NCBI GenBank assembly: GCA_964423445.1
Contig: CAYREQ010000002.1
Span: forward strand, 60,641 to 124,640
Direction: 5' to 3'
DNA: 64,000 bases
Origin: an uncultured Candidatus Saccharibacteria bacterium
GTDB lineage: Bacteria > Patescibacteriota > Minisyncoccia > Phycocordibacterales > UBA9973
Below, one piece after another: positions 40,701 through 48,262 of the stretch. Each line of letters begins with the position of its first letter. The first letter of the stretch is position 1. The position numbers and the translations under genes are program-made. The notes beneath the pieces were generated by a model. The model was not told the DNA's origin, made no database searches, and was given only the letters and a program-made list of their open reading frames with translations.

Positions 40701-40936
40701 CTATCTGTACGATTTCCAGCAGTCATGTATGCTTCTACTCCTATGATTGGTTTTATCCCAGCTTTTTCTGCCAATTGGTAAAACTCAATAGCCCCATACA
40801 TATTGCCATGGTCTGTCACAGCGAGGGCGGGCATTTTGTATTTTTTAGCTAAAGATACTAAATCTTCAAGCTTTGAAAGCCCATCCAATAAGGAGTAATG
40901 GCTGTGAGTATGTAAGTGGACAAAGCTTTTTTCCAT
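37715..40936 (-). CDS. dnaE: DNA polymerase III alpha subunit
   Basis: PHP domain HLHTHSHYSLLDG, RGSVAGSLV, PDIDMDF, KFDFLG. Confidence 0.98.
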   Translation of the reverse strand: MEKSFVHLHTHSHYSLLDGLSKLEDLVSLAKKYKMPALAVTDHGNMYGAIEFYQLAEKAGIKPIIGVEAYMTAGNRTDRTAEAGGGKRYYHLTLLAKNLEGYKNLIKLVTISHLEGFYYKPRMDKEILRKYSDGVIALSGCLGGELSQSITQGNLEKAEKIIQEYQEIFGKDNYFLEIQNYGDIQGGKEVRQELINLGKKFNIPLVATIDSHYPNPEDAKAHDTLLSIQTNSDIKDENKFSFGDGDYSFIDSKKAYELFKDIPEAVENTVKVADMCDLKLELGNWVFPNFEIEKGKSYDQKLRELAYAGFKNLNIKETPEMLERVEYELSVIIKKGYSPYFLVVGDLLRHAKENGILTTIRGSVAGSLVTYLIGITNVNPIEYKIPFERFLNPFRPSAPDIDMDFADNRRDEMIEYVKSKYGADKVAQIGTFGTMMARGAVRDVARALGHPYSIGDRISKMIPMGSQGMPMTIDYAMEIVPELKEAYTKEKDTKEIIDIAKKLEGCVRHVSVHAAGVVIAPSVLADFTPTQFDPKGGKIITQYDMYSIEEAGLLKFDFLGIRNLAILADAVSLVKQFYNVDIDIERIPLDDKKTFSLLASGQTEGLFQLNGSGMTRYLKELKPTSIHDINAMVALYRPGPMESIPEYIKRKHNPSLVKYMDPRMKKYLGDSYGLIVYQDDLLLSAIELAGYNWEEADKFRKAVGKKIPKEMAAQRDKFTAGIISNGQTPAFAEKMWKLFEPFQAYGFGKAHAASYGKVAYQTAYMKANYPVEYMTAILTAESGDVEKISEIIEECKHMEIQVLPPNINESFGGFTCLPENLDEPISENNKSKNIRFGFYTIKNLGTDISDAIIFERKTNGKFKSISDFLDRIKHKNLNKKSMEALIKSGSMDEWGDRGVFLSNLESMLEYNHENSKQNENQISLFGNIKTEVPSFKLQPGKDATQAEKLLWEKELLGLYISGHPLDRLRDKLEKRTVNIKKIKEDKEGTLGNGISVTLAGIIETSRQVVTKNNERMAFLKIADLSESIEAVVFPSLFKDNIDILVPEKCIAFSGKISNRNGEKSIIIEALKEI

Positions 40937-41017
40937 TTTTTTATAATAGCATAAATTACAGAAAATTCTCTTATATTTTTTTTTGTTGTTTTTTAGTGCA
41001 TTTGCTACAATATAGTC

Positions 41018-42043
41018 ATGAAAACAATAAAAGTGGGTATAAATGGTTTTGGTAGAATTGGTAGGGCTTTTTTAAAAATCGCTTATGAAAGGCCAGAAAT
41101 TGAGATAGTCGCCTTAAACGACCTAGGAGATGTAGCAAACATGGCTTATCTACTCAAGCACGATACAGTATATAGAGAGTGGAAACATGATATAAAAGTA
41201 GACGGACAGAGCCTGATAATAGACGGTAAGGTAATAAAAGTTTTAGCTGAAAAAGAACCAAATAAACTTCCATGGGGAGATATGGGAGTAGATGTGGTGG
41301 TAGAATCTACAGGACTTTTTGTGACTTTTGATAAAGCAAAAATGCACTTGGATGCTGGTGCAAAAAAAGTAGTGATATCTGCTCCAGCAAAAGAAGGAGA
41401 TGGTACTGTAAATGGAGAGACTATATTGATGGGAGTAAATGAAGACAAATTTGGCACTTGTGATATTACTTCAAATGCATCTTGTACTACAAACGCAGCG
41501 AGTCCACTTATCGCAATTTTAGATGAAGCCATAGGAATTGAAAAAGCTCTATTAAATACTGTGCATGGCTATACTGCTTCTCAAGCTATAGTAGACGGAC
41601 CAAATAAAAAAGATTTTCGTGAGGGGCGCGCAGCTGCACAAAATATAGTACCGAGCTCTACTGGAGCAGCTATCGCTGTGACTAAAGCTTTTACAAAACT
41701 ATCAGGTTTGTTTGACGGCATATCAATGCGAGTACCTGTGCCAGCTGGTTCTATGGTAGATATTACTTTTATTTCAAAAAAGCCTACTACGGCAGAAGAA
41801 GTAAATGAAATATTAAAAAAAGCGTCTAAAGATAAAAGATGGGAAAATATTTTTTCTGTCACCGAAGAACCACTTGTATCAAGTGATATTTTAGGCAGTC
41901 ACTATGGTTCAATAGCCGATCTCGGAATGACTAGAGTAGTGGGAGGGAATTTAGTAAAAGTCATGGGCTGGTATGATAATGAGATGGGTTATACATATAC
42001 TCTTGTAGACCATGTAATAAAAACAGGTAACGCAATAAAATAA
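41018..42043 (+). CDS. gap: Glyceraldehyde-3-phosphate dehydrogenase (type I)
   Basis: GINGFGRIGR, SNASCTTN, WYDNE. Confidence 0.98.
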   Translation: MKTIKVGINGFGRIGRAFLKIAYERPEIEIVALNDLGDVANMAYLLKHDTVYREWKHDIKVDGQSLIIDGKVIKVLAEKEPNKLPWGDMGVDVVVESTGLFVTFDKAKMHLDAGAKKVVISAPAKEGDGTVNGETILMGVNEDKFGTCDITSNASCTTNAASPLIAILDEAIGIEKALLNTVHGYTASQAIVDGPNKKDFREGRAAAQNIVPSSTGAAIAVTKAFTKLSGLFDGISMRVPVPAGSMVDITFISKKPTTAEEVNEILKKASKDKRWENIFSVTEEPLVSSDILGSHYGSIADLGMTRVVGGNLVKVMGWYDNEMGYTYTLVDHVIKTGNAIK

Positions 42044-42044
42044 T

Positions 42045-42533
42045 ATGAAAATTTATATTGGGGCAGATCACGCAGGCTATGAAATAAAAGAAAAATTGAA
42101 AGTTTATTTGAGCGAGCTTGGCCTCGGCTATGAAGTCATAGATAAAGGTGCTTTTCAGCATAATACAGATGACGATTATCCCGATTTTATAAATCCTGTG
42201 GCTACAAGTGTCGCAAGTGAAATAGGTAGTTTTGGTATTATCATAGGTGGCTCAGGACAAGGTGAAGCAATGTGTGCAAATAGAATAGCTGGCGCTCGAG
42301 CATCTGTATTTTATGGACAAGTTTTACCAAAGACGAATATAGATGTAAAAGGTGATACTAGCAATGACTCTTTTGAAATTATAAAATTGGCTCGCATGCA
42401 CAATGATGCAAATATTTTATCTATAGGGGTGAGGTTTGCCACAGAGGATGAAATAAAATTTGCTATTGAGCTTTTTCTTAAGACACCATTTTCTCTTGAA
42501 GAAAGACACAAGAGGCGTTTAGCTAAATTTTAA
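42045..42533 (+). CDS. rpiB: Ribose-5-phosphate isomerase B
   Basis: GADHAG, DDYPD, GGSGQGE (Cys-less, Glu-type active site), HNDAN, RHKRR. Confidence 0.92.
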   Translation: MKIYIGADHAGYEIKEKLKVYLSELGLGYEVIDKGAFQHNTDDDYPDFINPVATSVASEIGSFGIIIGGSGQGEAMCANRIAGARASVFYGQVLPKTNIDVKGDTSNDSFEIIKLARMHNDANILSIGVRFATEDEIKFAIELFLKTPFSLEERHKRRLAKF

Positions 42534-42535
42534 TT

Positions 42536-43255
42536 ATGGCAGAAATAATACCAGCAATATTATCAAAAAATTACGCCGATTTAAAAAACAAGATTTCACT
42601 TGTTCGCGGTATAGCACCGATAGCTCAAATAGATATTTGTGATGGAGCTTTTGTAAAAAGTATTACTTGGCCTTTTTTTGGTAAAAATGATGACGATACT
42701 TTTTTAGATAATGATTTAGATCAGCATTTTAGGAGAATTTTAAATGAACAAGAAGGTCTGCCTTTTTGGGAAGATATTGATTTTGAGCTTGATTTAATGG
42801 TCTTAAATGCTGTAGAAAACTTTGATATATATGCCAAATTGGGTCCTAGGAGAATAATTTTTCATCTAGAAGCCATAGGTGATACTGAAGAATTTAAGCA
42901 CTTCCTAGAAGGCATAGACACCTATACTAGAGACATCATAGAGATAGGTGTGGCTATAAACCCAGATACTCCTGTGGAGCAAATTTTTCCAATTGTAAAT
43001 TCTGTAGATTTTATTCAGTGTATGGGTATAGAACATATAGGTAAACAAGGAGAAGAATTTAGTGATAAATGCTTGGAGCAAATAAAAAAACTTATAGAAA
43101 AATTTTCAGATTTGATTATTTCTGTAGATGGTGGAGTAAATTTACAAAATGCACCAAAAATAATAGAAGCTGGAGCTACTCGTCTCGCTGTGGGCTCTGC
43201 ACTTTTTAATACAAATGATATAATAGGTACAGTAGAAAAATTTAAACAAATTTAA
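42536..43255 (+). CDS. rpe: Ribulose-phosphate 3-epimerase, divergent
   Basis: DICDG, AINPDTP, GKQG, VDGGVN, VGSALF; operon context. Confidence 0.85.
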   Translation: MAEIIPAILSKNYADLKNKISLVRGIAPIAQIDICDGAFVKSITWPFFGKNDDDTFLDNDLDQHFRRILNEQEGLPFWEDIDFELDLMVLNAVENFDIYAKLGPRRIIFHLEAIGDTEEFKHFLEGIDTYTRDIIEIGVAINPDTPVEQIFPIVNSVDFIQCMGIEHIGKQGEEFSDKCLEQIKKLIEKFSDLIISVDGGVNLQNAPKIIEAGATRLAVGSALFNTNDIIGTVEKFKQI

Positions 43256-43269
43256 ATTTCTACGCATAC

Positions 43270-44136
43270 ATGCCTTTTTTATCTGACAAAAAAATTGAAG
43301 AGTTAGAATTGAAAGCAAATGATATTCGCGAGAGTATTATTGATATGCTTGTAGAGGCAGGTAGTGGGCACACTGCAGGACCACTCGGCATGGCTGATAT
43401 TTTTACACTTTTTTATTTTCACGTATTAAAACATGACCCTAAAAATCCATCATGGGAGGAGCGAGATAGATTAGTGTTATCAAATGGTCATATTTGTCCA
43501 GTACTTTATGCCACCATGGCACATGCTGGATATTTCGAGAAAGAAGAATTAAAAACTTTACGAAAATTCGGTAGTCGTTTGCAGGGTCATCCACACAGGG
43601 AATATTTGCCTTATGTTGAAAATAGTTCTGGGCCACTTGGCTCTGGGCTTTCACAGGCCGTTGGAATGGCTATAGCAGATAGAATAGACAAAAAAGACAA
43701 AGATAGATTTATATATTGTTTTCTTGGTGATGGAGAATTAGATGAAGGAAACAATTGGGAGGCGATAATGCTCGCTGGGAAAAATAAACTAAGAAATTTG
43801 ATTGCCATTGTAGATAGAAATAATATACAGATAGATGGTTTTACCGAAGATATTATGCCTTTAGAGTCTCTCGGAGAAAAGTGGAAAGCTTTTAATTGGC
43901 ATGTCATAGAAGTAGGTGGACATGATTTTACAGCTTTAAATGAAGCTGTACAAGAAGCGCAAGCTATGTTTGGCAAGCCGATTGTCATAATTGCACACAC
44001 AATTCCTGGTAAGGGTGTACATGAATTTGAACGAGATTATAAATGGCATGGTAAACCACCAAGTAAAGAAGAGGCAAAGATGGCCCTACACGAACTACGA
44101 ACTCTTGGTGGAAAAATAAAAAGTGAACATCAATAA
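43270..44136 (+). CDS. Transketolase N-terminal subunit
   Basis: GSGH, DRLVLSNGH, LQGHP, TPP motif GDGELDEG, WHGK. Confidence 0.93.
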   Translation: MPFLSDKKIEELELKANDIRESIIDMLVEAGSGHTAGPLGMADIFTLFYFHVLKHDPKNPSWEERDRLVLSNGHICPVLYATMAHAGYFEKEELKTLRKFGSRLQGHPHREYLPYVENSSGPLGSGLSQAVGMAIADRIDKKDKDRFIYCFLGDGELDEGNNWEAIMLAGKNKLRNLIAIVDRNNIQIDGFTEDIMPLESLGEKWKAFNWHVIEVGGHDFTALNEAVQEAQAMFGKPIVIIAHTIPGKGVHEFERDYKWHGKPPSKEEAKMALHELRTLGGKIKSEHQ

Positions 44137-44141
44137 TTTTC

Positions 44142-45137
44142 ATGTTAAATCCAGAATTAAAACTTAATACAAAATTATTTAACACAGACGTAGAAGAATC
44201 TCCAATACGTAAAGGTTTTGGTGAAGGCTTAGCTATGGCTGGGGACGTTGATAAAAATGTTGTAGCACTCTGTGCTGATCTGACAGAGTCTACTCAAATG
44301 CATTTATTTAAAGATAAATTTCCAGAAAGATTTGTAGAAATAGGTGTAGCTGAACAAAATCTTGTAGCTGTGGCTTCTGGTATGTCTGCTATGGGCAAGA
44401 TACCTTTTTGCTCAAGCTACGCGATGTTTTCTCCGGGAAGAAATTGGGAACAAATCAGGACGACGATAGCTTACAATGATAGACCAGTAAAAATTATTGG
44501 TTCCCATGCTGGTATATCTGTCGGCCCAGATGGTGGTACACACCAAGCACTGGAAGACATTGCTCTTATGCGAATAATTCCAAATATGGATGTATTATCT
44601 CCGTGCGATGCCATAGAAGCAAAAAAAGCTACACTCGAAATTGCTAAAATAAATAAACCAGTTTATATGCGTCTAGCTCGTGAAAAAACTCCAATCGTAA
44701 CTACAGAAGAAACTCCCTTCAAAATAGGTGAAGGGCAAATTTTTTGGATGCCAGATGTCGGTATCGCATCAGTAGGTATCATAGTCACTGGTGGCCTCAC
44801 ACATCGTGCACTTTTAGCTGCGAAAGAATTAGAAGGAGAGGGAATTAAAACAAAAGTTATGAACCTCACCACCATAAAACCCTTAGATACAAAGGCTATA
44901 ATAGCGCTTGCCAAAGAAACAAAATCAATCGTGACAGTGGAAGAACACCAAGTTATGGGAGGCATGGGTTCTGCTATTGCTGAAGTTTTAGCACAAAATT
45001 TTCCAGTGCCAATAGAATTTATCGGTGTGCAAGATAAATTTGGACAGAGTGGTACACCAGATGAGCTCATAGAGCATTATGGTATGGGAAAAGATTCTAT
45101 AAAGGAAGCTGTAAAAAAAGTTTTAAAGAGGAAATAA
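44142..45137 (+). CDS. Transketolase C-terminal subunit
   Basis: GVAEQN, GPDGGTHQ, TVEEH...GGMG, DKFGQSG. Confidence 0.93.
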   Translation: MLNPELKLNTKLFNTDVEESPIRKGFGEGLAMAGDVDKNVVALCADLTESTQMHLFKDKFPERFVEIGVAEQNLVAVASGMSAMGKIPFCSSYAMFSPGRNWEQIRTTIAYNDRPVKIIGSHAGISVGPDGGTHQALEDIALMRIIPNMDVLSPCDAIEAKKATLEIAKINKPVYMRLAREKTPIVTTEETPFKIGEGQIFWMPDVGIASVGIIVTGGLTHRALLAAKELEGEGIKTKVMNLTTIKPLDTKAIIALAKETKSIVTVEEHQVMGGMGSAIAEVLAQNFPVPIEFIGVQDKFGQSGTPDELIEHYGMGKDSIKEAVKKVLKRK

Positions 45138-45238
45138 AAATACTCACGGACTCAGCACAAAAATTTTCTGGTGAAAATTTTCTCTGTCCGTCGCCGTCGC
45201 GACTACCAAGGCTTCCCTCGGGAGCATTTTTATTTCCT
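45129..45238. repeat. 110-nt palindromic element, second copy of the tgt-insertion family
   Basis: 17-bp arms AGGAAATAAAAATACTC / GAGCATTTTTATTTCCT (1 mismatch) and a GCAC-[24-nt hairpin]-TCTGTCCGT core. Confidence 0.85.
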
Positions 45239-46232
45239 AAATCTTTTTAGCTATAAAATCTGCTGGAGCAGATTTTAAATATTCTTCAAGTTTTTCTCTA
45301 GAGAGCAATCCTTCTTGTGCACCTACATATTGGACTACAGACATAGAATTTACAGCCCCCCAGGCCATTGCTTCTGATAAGTTTTTTCCTAGGATAGTTG
45401 CCCCTACAAGAGTAGAAGAAAATGCATCTCCAGCTCCTGTGCGTTCAAAAGGAGGTTTTGGATCAGGGTAAGGAGGCATAAATAAAAATTCATTGCCATC
45501 ATATGCATAAGCACCTTTTGGTCCATCTGTCAGGATTATCGTTTTTGGGCCGAGCTCTCGCATTTTTTGTAATAAATCTTTCACTTCTGTGTGTTCTTTT
45601 ATTCCCAAAATAGTCTGTGCCTCTTCTATATTACAGAAAAATATTTCAGTCTTTTCGTAAATATTTTTTAATGTTTCATAGCCCATTTTTATTTGGAAAA
45701 TTCCAGGCTGGAAAGCCAATTTTACATTTGGATTATTTTTTAAATATTCTGAAATTTCCTCATGATAAGAGAGTGATTTTTCACCGAGTGAAGTGAGATA
45801 TATCCATTTTGGGTTTCCTATAGCTGGAAGTTTGTAATTAAATTCGGTGTGTTTTTGTAAGATTGTTCTCTCGTCTTCAAACCATAAAATGTAGTGATAA
45901 TTTGTAGCCAAATTTTTATTTACAGTCACAAATTCTGTAGATACACCATCTTTTTTGAAAGAACTTAGACATAATTCTCCATTTCTATCTTCTCCGATAT
46001 TTGCCACAATTGCAGACTTTAATCCGAGCCTACTGCCGGATACAGAAGCGTTACCAGCGTTCGCCACAGCGGCTATTTCGTGCACTGACTCATAAGGTAT
46101 TTTAGCTCCAAAAGCCATACAAATCTGGCAGTTTTCCTTGTCTATATCACAGGTAACATGTGCGTCTTTTAATCGTATAAAAGCATCTACGGCTATTTCC
46201 CCAATAGCTATTAAATCGTAATTATTTTCCAT
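45237..46232 (-). CDS. PfkB-family carbohydrate kinase
   Basis: NASVSGSRLG, FCNIEEA, TDGPKGA, ERTGAGDAF. Confidence 0.9.
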   Translation of the reverse strand: MENNYDLIAIGEIAVDAFIRLKDAHVTCDIDKENCQICMAFGAKIPYESVHEIAAVANAGNASVSGSRLGLKSAIVANIGEDRNGELCLSSFKKDGVSTEFVTVNKNLATNYHYILWFEDERTILQKHTEFNYKLPAIGNPKWIYLTSLGEKSLSYHEEISEYLKNNPNVKLAFQPGIFQIKMGYETLKNIYEKTEIFFCNIEEAQTILGIKEHTEVKDLLQKMRELGPKTIILTDGPKGAYAYDGNEFLFMPPYPDPKPPFERTGAGDAFSSTLVGATILGKNLSEAMAWGAVNSMSVVQYVGAQEGLLSREKLEEYLKSAPADFIAKKI

Positions 46233-46270
46233 GGTATGATTATATCATATAAAAAATAATGTAAAATCTT

Positions 46271-47710
46271 ATGTATAAGAAAATTACTTTGTTTCTCTTT
46301 GCATTTGTTTTCTTTATAAATTCTAATTTTGTTTTTGCTAGTCCGTCTATCAATGAGTTTATGTATGATTTAGACGGTGGTGATATTGATTGGATTGAAA
46401 TTTATAATACAGGTGAGGCTGTGGATGTGAGTAGTTTGAAACTTTTAGTAAGTAATTCTACTTCAAACCACGAGATAGCTTTTTATTCTGGATCTTCTGT
46501 CCTTCATTCTGGTGAATATGGAATTATCGTACCCACTTCACAAGTCGGAGCTTTTACATCAAAGTGGGGAAATTCTTTCAATATTTTTACTTCGTCTTTT
46601 TCTCTACCAAATGCGTCTGGCGTCATAGAAATAAATAATGGTGATAAAAATTCTCCATTAGATTCAGTGAGTTATGATTCAAATAAAGGTGGAGCAGGGG
46701 ATGGAAATTCTCTCCAACTCATATCAAATTCTTGGACAGCAGGAGCACCCACAGTAGGACAGATGAATAAACAAAACAATGGAAGTGGAGAAAATAATTC
46801 TGAAAACCTGAACAATAATTCCGAAAATACAAACACAAATAATTCTGTTTCAAATGAAAATAATACTGATAATTCTACAGTTAAAAAGACGAAAAATACC
46901 TCAAAAATAAAGGCTGAAATCACCACAAACACTTTTGCTTATGTCGGTGTGCCGGTAAATTTTCAAGGCAAGGTCATGGGCACTGATGGCGAGCAATTAT
47001 TTCATGGAAAATATTTTTGGAATTTTGGTGACGGAGATTTTAGAGAAATAAATATCGTGGACACAGATAAATTTACACACACATATTTTTATCCAGGAGA
47101 GTACACAGTACTCTTTGAATATTACAAAGATGCTTTTACCGAAGAGTCAGAACTCAGTCAAAAAATTATTATCAAAGTAGTAAAAGGTGGTGTGGTGATA
47201 TCAAGAGTGGGGGACAAGGAAGATTTTTTCATTGAACTTTCAAATAAAAATACTTACGACATGGATATTTCAAAATGGATTTTGAAAAGTGATTTTAAAA
47301 GTTTTACTATACCCAAAAATACAATTTTAGAACCAAATAAAAAAATAATTATTTCATCCAAGCTCACAGGTTTTTCTATCGCTGACAAAGACACATTAAA
47401 ACTCACCACCCCCCAGCTCGAAGTCGTCTCTGACTACAATTTTCCCATAACCCAGACGGTGGTTTCCAGTAAAAATACTAGAAGTTTTTCAAAGAAAAAT
47501 TATGAAAAAATTGAGGATGAATTATCTATAAATGATACAAAAATAGACCTCACCGCAAATGCTTTTTCTAGTAATTTTCTCGAAGATAAAAATTATTTAC
47601 CCTTTGTGGGATTTTTTGGCTTGATTTTGGTGAGCGGAGGCACTGTTTATTTCATCAGGAAAAGGAAAAATAACCATATTTCTAATGAAGATTTTGACAT
47701 TTTAGAGTAA
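46271..47710 (+). CDS. Surface protein: lamin-tail domains plus PKD domain and C-terminal TM anchor
   Basis: INEFMYD..DWIEIYN, WNFGDG..HTYFYPGEYTV, FIELSN..DISKWIL, TM helix followed by RKRK. Confidence 0.8.
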   Translation: MYKKITLFLFAFVFFINSNFVFASPSINEFMYDLDGGDIDWIEIYNTGEAVDVSSLKLLVSNSTSNHEIAFYSGSSVLHSGEYGIIVPTSQVGAFTSKWGNSFNIFTSSFSLPNASGVIEINNGDKNSPLDSVSYDSNKGGAGDGNSLQLISNSWTAGAPTVGQMNKQNNGSGENNSENLNNNSENTNTNNSVSNENNTDNSTVKKTKNTSKIKAEITTNTFAYVGVPVNFQGKVMGTDGEQLFHGKYFWNFGDGDFREINIVDTDKFTHTYFYPGEYTVLFEYYKDAFTEESELSQKIIIKVVKGGVVISRVGDKEDFFIELSNKNTYDMDISKWILKSDFKSFTIPKNTILEPNKKIIISSKLTGFSIADKDTLKLTTPQLEVVSDYNFPITQTVVSSKNTRSFSKKNYEKIEDELSINDTKIDLTANAFSSNFLEDKNYLPFVGFFGLILVSGGTVYFIRKRKNNHISNEDFDILE

Positions 47711-47732
47711 GAAATAAAATAATATTTATTTC

Positions 47733-47741
47733 TGTGGATAA
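47733..47741 (-). promoter_or_regulatory. Perfect DnaA box (TTATCCACA)
   Basis: TGTGGATAA upstream of the HTH/giant-protein operon. Confidence 0.55.
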
Positions 47742-47863
47742 CTCATAGATTTAATACTCCTAGCATACTATAATATATAGAGTATAGAAAGATATCGTTT
47801 ACCCGAGATGCCTTATTTTTTATACCTTGTGTATCCGAGATATCTTTATATATCTTAATATAA

Positions 47864-48262
47864 ATGCCAAACCTAAAAAAAGTCATTTCACTACATCAAG
47901 CATCCATCATTTCTGGTTACCATCAGGATTATTTGAGCTCGCTTATTAGAAAAGGAGAAATAAATGGAGAGAAGATGGGTGGTAATTGGCTGACTACCGA
48001 AGAAGAGATAGAGAGGTATATTTTCAAGCAAAAAATTCGAAACAAAAATTGGCTATTTAGGAATTTTTTACTTCTTATAAAAAAGACAAACAAGAGTTTG
48101 CTCTATGCAGTCGTGTGCCTGATTATTTTTTCTACAGGCTTGTATTTTTACAACAAAAATAGTGCAAGTGAAATTAAAACAAACACTCAGACAAATAATA
48201 TAAAAATTTCCAATATTAATCAGCTTGGCATCAACGAAGAATTTAAAGAATTAAAATTTTAA
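47864..48262 (+). CDS. Helix-turn-helix (excisionase/MerR-like) protein with a TM helix
   Basis: ISLHQASIISGYHQDYLSSLIRKGEINGEKMGGNWLTT; stop overlaps the next ATG. Confidence 0.75.
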   Translation: MPNLKKVISLHQASIISGYHQDYLSSLIRKGEINGEKMGGNWLTTEEEIERYIFKQKIRNKNWLFRNFLLLIKKTNKSLLYAVVCLIIFSTGLYFYNKNSASEIKTNTQTNNIKISNINQLGINEEFKELKF

